Part shown: piece after piece, positions 17,224-27,800 of the stretch | Position numbering within the stretch: the stretch's first letter is position 1 | Layout of the letters: the number at the start of each line of letters is the position of its first letter | Virus record (IMG/VR): IMGVR_UViG_3300048886_001026 | Span: 1-40,087 of that record | Reading direction: 5' to 3' (one strand) | DNA from: a virus | Lineage: Duplodnaviria; Caudoviricetes | Length of the DNA: 40,087 nucleotides | Position numbers and translations under genes: made by a program | Notes under the pieces: generated by a model | Told to the model about the DNA's origin: nothing | The model's input: the letters and a program-made list of their open reading frames with translations, nothing else | The model's database searches: none

Positions 17224-18255
17224 ATGCCAGAACCGGCTGCCCAACAGGGGCAACAGAACACGGGCCAACAGGCCCCGGCACAGTCCTTTAGAGAACGCAA
17301 AGCGCAACAGCTGAGAGCGGAGCGCGGCGAAGACGAAGGACAGCCAAACAATCCAGCACCCGCGGCCCTCGAAGACGAGGCACCCCCGGCTCCTGGAGAT
17401 CAGCAAGACGTAGACCTGGACCCTTCCCAGCAGGACTACGCCGACGATGACTACGCCGACGACCTGGACGAGGACGACGGCCTGGACCCCGACGAGGGCA
17501 CCCAGGACGAAGACGACCCGGCAGGCGATGACGAACAGAACGTCGATTGGGAAAAGCGCTACAAGGACCTGCAAAGCGAAACGCAGAGTATGTTCGAGCA
17601 GCGCGGCGAAATGGATCGCGAGCACGCTGAGTCTATGGCACAGCATGCTGAGCTTCGTTTCGAGATGGAGGACAATTCGCGTGACGCCCTGGCAAGGGCT
17701 GAGTTCATGCGCAACGCCATGCAGCAACGCATGCAGTACTACCAGAACCTGGACACGAGCCAGATTCCCGTAGAACAGCTGCAGCAGCTGCAACAGCAGT
17801 ATCAGCAGGACTACGCCACTGCTCAGCGCACTGAGCAAGCGTACCAGCAGATGCAACAGGCGGAGCAGCAGCAGCGCGAGACAGTCAAACGACGTGAAGC
17901 CGAAGTTGCGAAAATCAGGCTGCGCCGCACCATCCCGAACTGGAGTAACGAGGTCTACGGAGAGCTCCGAGATTTTGCCGCAGAGCGAGGCATGCCTGCA
18001 GAGGCCTTCAACGACATCACCGACCCGGTGGTCATTGAAGCGCTGCACGCCTACAAGCAGATGTCCGAGGGCGGAAACAGGGTCCGCAAAACGAAAAGTA
18101 AACGCAGGCCACAAGCGCCTCGCAACAAGGCCCAACGCCGACAGCCGCGTGATGAACGTGGCAAGTTTGCCCGCAAGGAAGTCGTGCCTAATCAGCGCGG
18201 CAGCTTCGCAGACAAGCACAGGCACCGCCTCGCTGCAGAACGTGACGGCCGCTGA
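17224..18255 (+). CDS. Capsid scaffolding protein
   Basis: Acidic disordered N-terminus, Gln-rich coiled coil, basic C-terminus with RDERGKF; precedes the MCP. Confidence 0.8.
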   Translation: MPEPAAQQGQQNTGQQAPAQSFRERKAQQLRAERGEDEGQPNNPAPAALEDEAPPAPGDQQDVDLDPSQQDYADDDYADDLDEDDGLDPDEGTQDEDDPAGDDEQNVDWEKRYKDLQSETQSMFEQRGEMDREHAESMAQHAELRFEMEDNSRDALARAEFMRNAMQQRMQYYQNLDTSQIPVEQLQQLQQQYQQDYATAQRTEQAYQQMQQAEQQQRETVKRREAEVAKIRLRRTIPNWSNEVYGELRDFAAERGMPAEAFNDITDPVVIEALHAYKQMSEGGNRVRKTKSKRRPQAPRNKAQRRQPRDERGKFARKEVVPNQRGSFADKHRHRLAAERDGR

Positions 18256-18283
18256 TCTCAATTAGCGATAGGAGCATGTAACC

Positions 18284-19222
18284 ATGCCTGGATTTGACAC
18301 TTACACAATGACTCGGCAAGCCGAGGACGTGCAGGACGAGATTTACAACATCTCACCTGTAGACAACCCCTTCTGCTCGATGGCGATGACCATCCGCGCG
18401 ACGGGTAAGATTCACGAGTGGACAGAAGACATTCTGCAGCCCACCGTAAAGAACGCCAAAGTTGAAGGCGCGGCCGCTGGCAACGACCAGTCACAGCCCG
18501 CCACCGAACTGCAAAACTATTGCCAGATCATGGACAAAGTTGCAGAAATCACCGGTACCAGCGAGCGCGTGAAAAAATACGGTCGTGACTCTGAGATGGC
18601 CTACCAGCTGGAGCTGCGCTACGGCGAGCTGGCCAACGACGAAGAGTCTGCTGCAGTCGGCGACGCCGGTGGCACTGGCCGTCAGGTTGCGGTAGCGGGT
18701 AACTCCTCTACTGCCCGTGAGTTCGCGTCGTTCCCCACCCAGCTCGACGCCTCTGTGAAGGTCGACGCTGCTGCGGCCACTACCGTGGCTGAACTGGAAG
18801 CGGCGCTGATCGCAGGCCATCTGGCCAGCTTCAAGCACGGCGGTCGTCCCGACACTGTGCTGACCGATCCGCTGACCGCTGGCTACTTCGCCAACTTCGC
18901 GTTGTCTGCCGGTCGCACCCGCGATCTGCGCAACGAAAAGACCCTGGTGAACTGCGTGGACCTGTACGTATCCACCTACGGTGAGCTTGATCTCGTCCTC
19001 GACTTGAACATGGCGACCGATGGCGATGCGGACAACATGATCCTGGGCGTCGATTTCAACTATGCTGCCACTCCAGTCCTGCGTGCTACGGACGACTGGG
19101 CGATTGGTAAGGAAGGCGACTCTGACAAGCGGCAGGTATTGCGCGAGTCTACAATTGCTGCCCTGAATACCAAGGCGCATTTTGCGATCGAAAACGTCCC
19201 CGCGAACCTCACTGTTAGTTAA
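18284..19222 (+). CDS. Major capsid protein (DUF5309 / LUZ24-PaP3-like)
   Basis: EDVQDEIYNISP..PF, HEW.ED, VEG, NYCQI, ITGT, EMAYQL motifs recalled from PaP3-like capsid proteins. Confidence 0.92.
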   Translation: MPGFDTYTMTRQAEDVQDEIYNISPVDNPFCSMAMTIRATGKIHEWTEDILQPTVKNAKVEGAAAGNDQSQPATELQNYCQIMDKVAEITGTSERVKKYGRDSEMAYQLELRYGELANDEESAAVGDAGGTGRQVAVAGNSSTAREFASFPTQLDASVKVDAAAATTVAELEAALIAGHLASFKHGGRPDTVLTDPLTAGYFANFALSAGRTRDLRNEKTLVNCVDLYVSTYGELDLVLDLNMATDGDADNMILGVDFNYAATPVLRATDDWAIGKEGDSDKRQVLRESTIAALNTKAHFAIENVPANLTVS

Positions 19223-19692
19223 TGCCTAGCAACGAGCGTTTCGTAAAAGGTGCGGGTGATTACACCCGCACCTTTTTCTCCCGCAACGGTAAGCACTACC
19301 GCCGGGAGCATCAGGATATAGGCCCAGCAATCCGCCGTGTAGAAGAGATCAGAGACTTACACAGCTTCGCGACCAAGGCCAGCAACCCAGGCGAGTGGCG
19401 TCACGTCGGGTCCGTCCCGATCACGATGATCCTTGACTGGTTGAATAAGAACGGTTTTACGTACGACCAATGGGCGCGCAATGATGGTGGTATCCGTGGC
19501 AAACGGTACCCCGAGTCTCGTAGCGGAGTCAGGGACAAGTTCCTGGCCTACTTTCTAACCCGCGACTTTGCAAAGCTGCACAACGCCCACATTACGACGA
19601 AGCGTGCGACCAGCCAGATACTGGTGCCGCAGAATTATATAGGGAGTGGAGGCAATGCAAAATTACGGGGAACTGAAGGCAGCAATAGCTGA
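19222..19692 (+). CDS. Hypothetical protein following the MCP
   Basis: TAATG coupling; WRHVGSVP motif typical of the gene after DUF5309 capsid genes. Confidence 0.75.
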   Translation: MPSNERFVKGAGDYTRTFFSRNGKHYRREHQDIGPAIRRVEEIRDLHSFATKASNPGEWRHVGSVPITMILDWLNKNGFTYDQWARNDGGIRGKRYPESRSGVRDKFLAYFLTRDFAKLHNAHITTKRATSQILVPQNYIGSGGNAKLRGTEGSNS

Positions 19693-20356
19693 CTATCTGG
19701 ACCGTGAGGACATGGCCTCGCGGTTGCCCAATTTCATCCGGTTGGCGGAGACGAAAATCTACCGGCAGCTGCGTTCGCGCGACACCGAGTTCACCCAGGT
19801 GTGGACCGAAGCCGACACCCTCGACAACCCCATCCCACTTCCCCAAAATTTTAAGGAAGTAAAAACACTGATCCTCAACGGCGAGACGCTGCAGCATGTC
19901 AGCGCCAGCATGTTGGACAAGTACTCGGACACCGGCACAGCTCGAGTCTTCGCCCTGGTCGAGCGCGAGCTGATCCTGCACCCAGGTTTCACCCCACCCT
20001 ACGACGGCGAGATCACCCTGGAGCTGCTCTACTACGGCACCGAGTCGATCACCCAGATGACACCCTGGGACCACCCCACCAACCCCAACAGCGTGCCAGA
20101 AAGCCAAGGCACCGCCTCGACGACCACTGAGCGCGGCGACGAGGCCACCACGCGCCTCTTCCTTACCGCGCCTGATCTGTACCTGTACGGCGCCCTGGTG
20201 GAGGCCTACATGTTCCTGCGCGAGCCGGCCAAGGCGGCGGAGTGGTCACCTGGATTTAACGAGGTACTGCAGCGGCTGCAGTACGAAAGCGATTCGGCAG
20301 AGCTCACCGGTGTTACCGCGGGCGTTGCCAGTGTTTACCACGACGGAGGCCTGTAA
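19655..20356 (+). CDS. Head-tail adaptor protein
   Basis: NYGELKAAIADYL.R.D, FIRLAE, PDLYLYGALVEA motifs. Confidence 0.8.
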   Translation: MQNYGELKAAIADYLDREDMASRLPNFIRLAETKIYRQLRSRDTEFTQVWTEADTLDNPIPLPQNFKEVKTLILNGETLQHVSASMLDKYSDTGTARVFALVERELILHPGFTPPYDGEITLELLYYGTESITQMTPWDHPTNPNSVPESQGTASTTTERGDEATTRLFLTAPDLYLYGALVEAYMFLREPAKAAEWSPGFNEVLQRLQYESDSAELTGVTAGVASVYHDGGL

Positions 20357-21192
20357 TGTCTATCAAGGACCTGGACCCCAACACGCCCGCGGATACTGAA
20401 CTGGTCGCTGACGCGCCCCAGGAGTTCCAGGCGATCAAACAGGCCCTGCTGGCCGTATTCCCCGAGCTCGACGGGCAGATCACCAACACAGGCGCCACAG
20501 GCGACCCTGGCGACACCGATCCGCCCGACGCGGCGACGTTCTCCAAGCTGTTCGAGGACGTGCGCCAGCTGACCGCTGGTGCCGGCACAGGCCTGATCCC
20601 GGTGGGCGGCATCGTCATGTGGGCCGGCCTGACCACCAACATCCCCACCGGCTACGCGCTGTGCGACGGCGGCACCTACAACGCCCAGGTTACTCCTGAT
20701 CTGCGCGACCGCTTCGTTGTGGGCGCAGGTGACACCAACGCGGGCGCCAAGTTCGCCCCAGGTGACGCCGGTGGTGACGACTGGGATGCGGACAACCCGC
20801 ACATGACCACGCAAAACTCAGGTGACGTCGACGCCACCGTCTCGGTGGAAATACCAGATCACACGATCACCGTGGACAACATGCCCGAGCACGAGCACTT
20901 CACCCTGGCGAACGAGTCAGGCCAGGACCCCGGCCAAACGTCCACGGTGAGTGCCTCGAATCAGGCTGCCAGCTACACCGGTATCTCGGACGACCGCCGC
21001 TATGTGATGTCGGGCGTGTCTACTGAAGCCAACACCGGCCGCACCTCGAAGTACGGCGTGCCGACACCCCAGCCACTGACCCACGGCGACGATCCGATCG
21101 AGGTCACCGTTGAGAACCTGGAGCACGGCCACGACTACGCGCCCAAGTTCCTGGCCCTGGCATACATCATGTACGTAGGAGTGCCCGCGTAA
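20356..21192 (+). CDS. Tail collar domain protein (short fibre or needle)
   Basis: IPVGGIVMWAG..IPTGYALCDG..TPDLRDRFVVGAG and terminal PKFLALAYIM. Confidence 0.85.
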   Translation: MSIKDLDPNTPADTELVADAPQEFQAIKQALLAVFPELDGQITNTGATGDPGDTDPPDAATFSKLFEDVRQLTAGAGTGLIPVGGIVMWAGLTTNIPTGYALCDGGTYNAQVTPDLRDRFVVGAGDTNAGAKFAPGDAGGDDWDADNPHMTTQNSGDVDATVSVEIPDHTITVDNMPEHEHFTLANESGQDPGQTSTVSASNQAASYTGISDDRRYVMSGVSTEANTGRTSKYGVPTPQPLTHGDDPIEVTVENLEHGHDYAPKFLALAYIMYVGVPA

Positions 21193-22169
21193 TGTTCCGC
21201 CCAATGCGCAACTTCGGTAAGCACGGCGTGGTCGCCGACACCGTTGGGGAGGCCCTCCCGATCGGTGTGTGGTCCGACGCGCGCAACATCCGCTTCTCCG
21301 GTGTCGAGATGGAGAAGATGTACGAGCCCACAGAGGTGGTCGAATTGCCTGATGGCGAAGTCGGCCTGCACCTGCAGGGCTTCTCTGACGGCCGCTCGAG
21401 CTACCTGTGCGCCGCCAGCGAGGGCAAGCTGTGGTTCCTGCGCTCAGACTACCCAGGACACGCTGAGTGGGTCCTGGCGGGCTCAGGCTACCGCACAGAC
21501 GGGCAGTGGCAGTCGTTCTCCTGGGGCACGACGTGCATCTTCAACAACGGCCGCGACAAGCCCCAGATTTTCGACAACGGCCAGCTGCAGTTCGTCGACC
21601 TGCCCAACTGGGGCGTGATCTCGACGGCTGAAGACCTGACCTTCAACGAGGAGCCCAGCAAGGACACCAACGCCCGCTGCAAGGTGCTCCTACCTTACAA
21701 AAATTTTCTGGTAGCACTCGGCATCACCGAGTCTGGCCGCTTCCAGCCCAACACCGTCTGGTGGTCCGACGCGACCGCCCTGGCCGGCCTGGACGACTCC
21801 CTGGACGGCGGTGGTCCGCCCTCCTGGGACTACGAGTCGCCTGCCACGCTGTCAGCCAAGTCTGAAGTGGGCGCCGGCAGTGGCCACCTGAACTGGGGCG
21901 CAGAGCTCAACGAGCAGCTGATCCTGTACACAGACAACAGCGCCACGGCGATGATGTTGGTGGGCGGCCCCCTGGTGATGGACTTCCGCCGCATGTTCAA
22001 CAAGGGCTGCGCAGGCCTCTACCTCGCGGCCGAGTACAACAACCAACACTTCGTAGTGAGTGGCGACCAGCTGTACGTGCATGACGGCAGCACGGTGCAG
22101 CTGATCGCGCGCGACCGCGTCGAGGACGAGTTCTTCAGGCGCGCAGGCAAACGTGGGAGACTCGTGTAA
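21192..22169 (+). CDS. Tail nozzle (packaged-DNA stabilisation type), N-terminal part
   Basis: P.GVWSDARNIRF, NNG..PQ, YKNFLVAL, VWWSD, YVHDG motifs; ends early at 325 aa. Confidence 0.75.
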   Translation: MFRPMRNFGKHGVVADTVGEALPIGVWSDARNIRFSGVEMEKMYEPTEVVELPDGEVGLHLQGFSDGRSSYLCAASEGKLWFLRSDYPGHAEWVLAGSGYRTDGQWQSFSWGTTCIFNNGRDKPQIFDNGQLQFVDLPNWGVISTAEDLTFNEEPSKDTNARCKVLLPYKNFLVALGITESGRFQPNTVWWSDATALAGLDDSLDGGGPPSWDYESPATLSAKSEVGAGSGHLNWGAELNEQLILYTDNSATAMMLVGGPLVMDFRRMFNKGCAGLYLAAEYNNQHFVVSGDQLYVHDGSTVQLIARDRVEDEFFRRAGKRGRLV

Positions 22170-24865
22170 TGGCTGATCCGTTTTATGGGGAAGTCAGCCA
22201 GCTGCTGACGTTCGACGTCCCTGGTGGCACCCCGCTAGATTTGATCCCGGGCAACTCCTGGGGTATGGGCGGCAACGCGGTCATCGATTACACCTCCCAG
22301 ATGGAGGGCATCGGTTCCCTGGATTTGACCAGCATCAGCTCCTCCTCGTTTGTGGAGCTGGCCACCAAGCCCGACCTGACCACAGGCGACTGGACGATGG
22401 AGGTCAGCTACGAAAAGACTGGCACGCCTGACCCTTACGCCATGCTGATCACAACGTCAGGAGCAGATTCATCTGCGCTGCTGAAGCTGGCCCACGACAA
22501 CCAGACAAACATGCTGTATATCGAGGTCAAGGACTCGGGCGGCAACCACCTGACAACGAATGCCACGGGTGTGTCGTTTTTTGTGGAGGGTCGCAACGAC
22601 ATCCTGGTCGAGCGCGACGGTGTGTTCGTCAACTTCTACAACAACGGCACCCGCATACACCAGGAGAACATCGGCAACGCTACCTTGTTCAGCAACAGCC
22701 AGGGTATTTTCTTCGGTGGCTCTATCATCGGCTCCCGCCGCAATATCCGTGGTCGCCTGGACAACATTCGGATCACGCCAGGACGCGCTCGTGCAGCCAG
22801 CGCACCGAGCTACACCCTGGACTTGCCGCACCCGGGTCCGGTAGGCGGTGACAAGCCGATCATCACCGTGCAGCCCCAGGATCGCACAGTGGACGACAAC
22901 GCCCAGGTGGTGGTGTCGGTCACCGCGACATCCGCCACCCCATATCTGACGTATCAGTGGTACGCGAACGGCAGCCCGGTAGGCGACAGTCTGCCCTACT
23001 ACCAGTTCCAGTTCCTGGCCGGTGGCGGCGACGTGGACATCTACTGCGAGGTCACCGACCCCTTCGGTACCACGATCAGTGAGACGGCTACGGTCAGTGA
23101 GTATAGCTTCGAGGTGCCCGAGACACCGGAGACATCGAGCGGCGAGCTGGATTTTACCGCCATGCAGCTGGTGAAAAACCCGGATCGCAAAGAGCTCACC
23201 CTGCGCTTCCGCGAGTACTCCCAGGCGGACTATCTGTGCTCCTCCCTGGAGAAGTGGTTCAACGAGAACGCCGCGGCCGACTGGCCCATGACAGACTTCT
23301 CGGATGGGGTGAGCACAGTACCAGAATTTTTTGCTGGTGGTTCCGTCGACTGGCAGTACACTTCGCGCAGTGACGGCAACCCACCACTGGGCGCCACCAA
23401 CTACGACGCAATAGACTGGGGCCCCACCATGCCTGACTACTGCAGCGTGGATGGTATGCGCCTCGTGAATCACACGGAGGGTGACGGTTTCTTCCTGGGG
23501 CAACACTTCACTGGATGGCAGGGCAGATACCCCGGCGGCAGTGACATGGGCATCCCAGGCAGCGGTAACGGTACCTCCCGCGTTGACATCAACGTAGGCG
23601 GCGTGGCGATCGGTGAGATGCAATGTGATGCGCCCGGCGGCGGACCTCTGGTAGAGTTCGCCGGCCTTGCGTATCTGCGCACGCGGATCGCGTACACCTC
23701 TGGAGGAACCGTTAATGGCTTCGAGCCACTCGTCTATTTCGCACCCCATATTGGTCTTGCAGGCGGGACAATTGACTTCGTTGCCGATACCGGCACACAG
23801 TCTTTCCCAACCCCTGCAGGTTTTGATGGTAACAGCGCCTGGACTTGGCAGCTCCAAACAGAGAGCTTCATCCAAGTCGAAGACGTCTCTGACGGCGAGG
23901 GCGGTACTGATCGTGTTGCTCGCTTTTATCAGCGCCCCATTGTCACCATCAACGGAGAAACCACTGCCGGTTACGCCCAGCTCATCTGGCAACTGATCAT
24001 ATACGACGAGTCGCAAACCAAGACCCGCTGGTGGTGGTGGAACGCCCAGGTCGACAAATACTACGGCGCCCTGGCGAATATCACCGGAACCTTCCTGGGC
24101 CTCTACGTGGACGGCCCCGTGGTGGGTTTGTGGGAGGCCCTGCAGGCCAACTACATCGACGGTGTTGGCGGCGAGCCCGTATTCAACGAGGTGCGCGGCG
24201 CCTTGGTGTGGAATTTCGAGGACAACAACTACACCTGGATGGACGCAGCTGCGATCGAGGGCAGCCAGCTGGTGCCGGTCCAGGCGATGTCGTACGAGTT
24301 CGACCCAGGCTGGGCCACGCGCTGGAACACCCAGGGCGGCTTCGAGTCTCTGACCTGGGCAGACATGCGTGATCCGCAAGCCCCGTGGAACAGCCGCAGC
24401 GCGCCGCTGTGGCTCGACATGGCGGACCTGGGCGTGGAGCAGAACCTGTACTGGCTGACCACGGACAAACTGTATCTGAGCGATCAGGTGATCGACACCT
24501 CTGGCGTCAAGCGCTACTTCGTACAGCGTACAGGCATCGACCTGAACGACCTGGACCCCAGCTGGACGACCAACAACTGGAAGCACATTCGCCAGTTCTA
24601 TTTCCACCTGCAGAGCCCCAGGCTGACCGCGTCGACGCCCAACAATTTCGACATCCGCGCCGGGTGGTCCACCAACCTGATGGACGACCCGAGCTGGAAC
24701 CCTTACTCGACTATCAACCTCCAGAAGACGGCGAACGATGGCAGGCACAAGTGGGACACTCGCACCACTGGCCGCTACCTGGGCCTGGAGATGGACTTCA
24801 GCGCTACCCAGGCCTTCGTTATGACGGGTGGCGACATCGACGTGGAGCTCGCACATGGCCGCTAG
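22169..24865 (+). CDS. LamG/ConA-like + Ig-like domains fused to the C-terminal part of the nozzle, with a second large insertion
   Basis: [29 protein letters not shown] (LamG); [18 protein letters not shown] (Ig); [29 protein letters not shown] (nozzle C-terminus). Confidence 0.75.
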   Translation: MADPFYGEVSQLLTFDVPGGTPLDLIPGNSWGMGGNAVIDYTSQMEGIGSLDLTSISSSSFVELATKPDLTTGDWTMEVSYEKTGTPDPYAMLITTSGADSSALLKLAHDNQTNMLYIEVKDSGGNHLTTNATGVSFFVEGRNDILVERDGVFVNFYNNGTRIHQENIGNATLFSNSQGIFFGGSIIGSRRNIRGRLDNIRITPGRARAASAPSYTLDLPHPGPVGGDKPIITVQPQDRTVDDNAQVVVSVTATSATPYLTYQWYANGSPVGDSLPYYQFQFLAGGGDVDIYCEVTDPFGTTISETATVSEYSFEVPETPETSSGELDFTAMQLVKNPDRKELTLRFREYSQADYLCSSLEKWFNENAAADWPMTDFSDGVSTVPEFFAGGSVDWQYTSRSDGNPPLGATNYDAIDWGPTMPDYCSVDGMRLVNHTEGDGFFLGQHFTGWQGRYPGGSDMGIPGSGNGTSRVDINVGGVAIGEMQCDAPGGGPLVEFAGLAYLRTRIAYTSGGTVNGFEPLVYFAPHIGLAGGTIDFVADTGTQSFPTPAGFDGNSAWTWQLQTESFIQVEDVSDGEGGTDRVARFYQRPIVTINGETTAGYAQLIWQLIIYDESQTKTRWWWWNAQVDKYYGALANITGTFLGLYVDGPVVGLWEALQANYIDGVGGEPVFNEVRGALVWNFEDNNYTWMDAAAIEGSQLVPVQAMSYEFDPGWATRWNTQGGFESLTWADMRDPQAPWNSRSAPLWLDMADLGVEQNLYWLTTDKLYLSDQVIDTSGVKRYFVQRTGIDLNDLDPSWTTNNWKHIRQFYFHLQSPRLTASTPNNFDIRAGWSTNLMDDPSWNPYSTINLQKTANDGRHKWDTRTTGRYLGLEMDFSATQAFVMTGGDIDVELAHGR

Positions 24866-27800
24866 GTTTGACCAGATCGTCTCACTGATCAGCGCGATGC
24901 TGCAGGAGGACCAGTCAGCCATTCAGCTCTACCGTGCCCAGCACGCAACGCCCCAGGACCTGGAGGCCATGCGCTTCTGGGCCCAGGGCGAGTTCAACCG
25001 CATCCAGAACGGCTTTGCCTCGACGGACACCGCGGTCAAGCTCCTGGCGAACACGCTGAAGGCGTTCATCGACGCGATCGACGAGCTCCTGGACGGTGAC
25101 GGCCTAACAGGCCCAGCTGGTCCTGCAGGACCCCAGGGCCCCGCTGGGCCTGCAGGACCGGCAGGAGCCGACGGCAAGGACGGCAAGGACGGCGACGTCG
25201 GTGACCTGATCGACGACAACCGCACCCTGCACGGCAAGACGTGGTCCAGCTACAAGATCAACCAGATGATCGCGGCGGTGACTGCGCAGCTGGCGGAGCA
25301 CGCGAGCCGCCCCGACGCGCACCACAGCCAGGAGCACGCGCTGTTCGGCCCGGATCACCCGGACGTGGACATCAGCGCGGCGCTGACACTGCGCGACGGC
25401 CTGTTTTACAACGGCAGTCAGCTTGAACCCGGACGCCGTCTCAATTTCATTCGCCCCTATGTGGTCGGCGCCCAGTACGAGCGCGATGATGTTGTCTTCG
25501 ATGACACCTGGACCATGGTGGCGAACAAGACCACCACCGAGCGCGCTGCCCCACAAGCTGACGGCAGCCCGACGTGGCTGCTAGAAGAGTCGCCCACCTG
25601 GAACACCGACGACCACCTGGGTGTGGTGCACGCAGGCTTCGACATCGCCTTCACTGAGTCGGGCTGGTTCCGCGGCTTGCGTGTGTGGGTGCCCGAGATC
25701 GACCCCGACACGGTCTACCGGGTTGTGGTGGCCAACATCACCGACCCGGACAACCCCACCTTCACCACGATCGACGACCCCATCATCGAAGACGCCGGGG
25801 AGTGGGAAATCCTGGTCCTGGACAACGTGATTGTGTCCGCTGGGTCCACGTACCGTATTTACCTGGAAGCACTCACCTCTTCCGCCAGCACCCAGGTGAC
25901 GGGTGAATGGATTTACGGCGGCGATGACAAGAACGACCCCAACCCCTTCACGTCGGAGCTGTGGCTGCGCGAGAAGGACAAGAGCATCCGCGTCAGCCAG
26001 TTCGACGACACCGGCACCGATCGCCACGCCGATCTGCTGGCGATCACTGCCGGCACAACCGTCGTCGCGTACGAGAGCGCCGACACGGACAACTTCCGCG
26101 AGTACCGGATCAACACCGCCCCGGAGTACAACGGCACCGGCCCGGGTGACACCAACGGCTACTTCGTTTGGGACGACCTGGACAAGATCACTGACGGCGG
26201 TGGTGGCAACAACCTACCCGACGGCGATGCGGGTATCATCACTACACTCACCTTCACCATCCCCACCCCAGAGCTGACCGACTACGTCAGCCTGACCGAT
26301 TACTGGCTCACCAACCAGCCGGTGTTCGGTACCGTGCAGGGTTGGCTGCGGCTGAGCGGCGCCCGCGGGCTCAACAACACCAACGACGCCTACGGCATCG
26401 ACCTGAAGTTCGAGCGCGTGACGCTCCCAGAAGACTGGGACCTGCTGGCATACTCAGGCGGCGGCAGTGGTGGCGGTGGTGGCGGCACCGAACCGATTGA
26501 CCACTCGCTCAACTTCCACGCGGATGTCGAGCTGCTCAACGTAGTAGCCAACAACATCTTGCGCCACGACGGCACCATGTGGCGCAACGAGCCCTCGCCG
26601 GTACCCCCGGGTGGTACCACCGGGCAGGTCCTGGCCAAGCAGGACGGCGACGACTTCAACACCGAGTGGGTAGACCCCGACACCGGCCCGCAGGGTCCGG
26701 AAGGACCCCAGGGCCCGGAAGGACCCCAAGGACCCCAGGGCATCCAGGGTGAGAAAGGTGACCAGGGCGACCAGGGTATTCAGGGCATCCAGGGACCCCA
26801 GGGCGATCCTGGCGCGGATGGCGAAGACGGTGCGACCGGTCCCCAGGGCCCACAGGGCGACACAGGCGCCACAGGACCCCAGGGACCGCAAGGTGACCCA
26901 GGCCTGGACGGCGCAGACGGCGCAGACGGCGCTACAGGCCCACAGGGGCCCAAAGGAGACACGGGTGACACAGGAGCTCAAGGCCCCCAGGGTGTTAAAG
27001 GTGATACGGGCGACACCGGCCCGCAGGGCATCCAGGGGCCGCAAGGCGACCCTGGCCTGGACGGTGCAGACGGCGCTGACGGCGCAACAGGACCCCAGGG
27101 TGACACAGGCCCTCAAGGACCCCAGGGAGTCAAGGGTGATACTGGGGACACGGGCCCGCAGGGGCCCCAAGGTATCCAGGGCATTCAGGGCGATCCTGGC
27201 GCGGACGGCGCTGATGGCCTTGACGGCGCCCAGGGGCCCCAGGGCGACGAAGGCCCCCAGGGACCCCAGGGCGTTAAGGGTGACACAGGCGACACTGGAC
27301 CACAGGGTATCCAAGGCCCTGCAGGCGCAGACGGCCTGGACGGCGCGGATGGCGCACAGGGCCCCAAGGGAGACACGGGTGACACCGGTGCGGTAGGACC
27401 CCAGGGTCCGCAAGGCGACCCAGGCCTGGACGGCGACGATGGCGCCCAGGGACCCCAGGGTATCCAGGGTGAGAAGGGCGACACCGGCGACACCGGTGCG
27501 ACTGGCGCCACAGGACCCCAGGGTCCGCAAGGCGACGAAGGCCCGCAAGGTATCCAGGGCATCCAGGGACCCCAAGGTGACACCGGCGCGACCGGCCCTG
27601 CAGGCGCGGACGGCACAGACGGCGCGACCGGACCCAAGGGTGACAAGGGCGACACCGGTGACCAGGGCCCGCAGGGCCTCCCAGGTAACGACGGTGCGGA
27701 CGGCGCCACAGGACCCAAGGGGGACACCGGAGACGAAGGACCCCAGGGCCCGCAAGGTATCCAGGGCCCCGCGGGTGATGATGGTGCTACAGGACCCCAG

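Noticed and set aside
22143-23147. Nozzle interruption considered as a self-splicing intron or intein
   Set aside because: The insert encodes LamG/Ig domains with its own SD and start codon; no intron core, homing nuclease or intein terminal residues were seen
22469-24922. 817-aa minus-strand ORF, and similar long antisense ORFs (e.g. 6471-7511, 8496-9644, 37192-38148)
   Set aside because: They are shadows of real genes: GC-rich codon bias removes stops on the opposite strand, and they have no recognisable motifs
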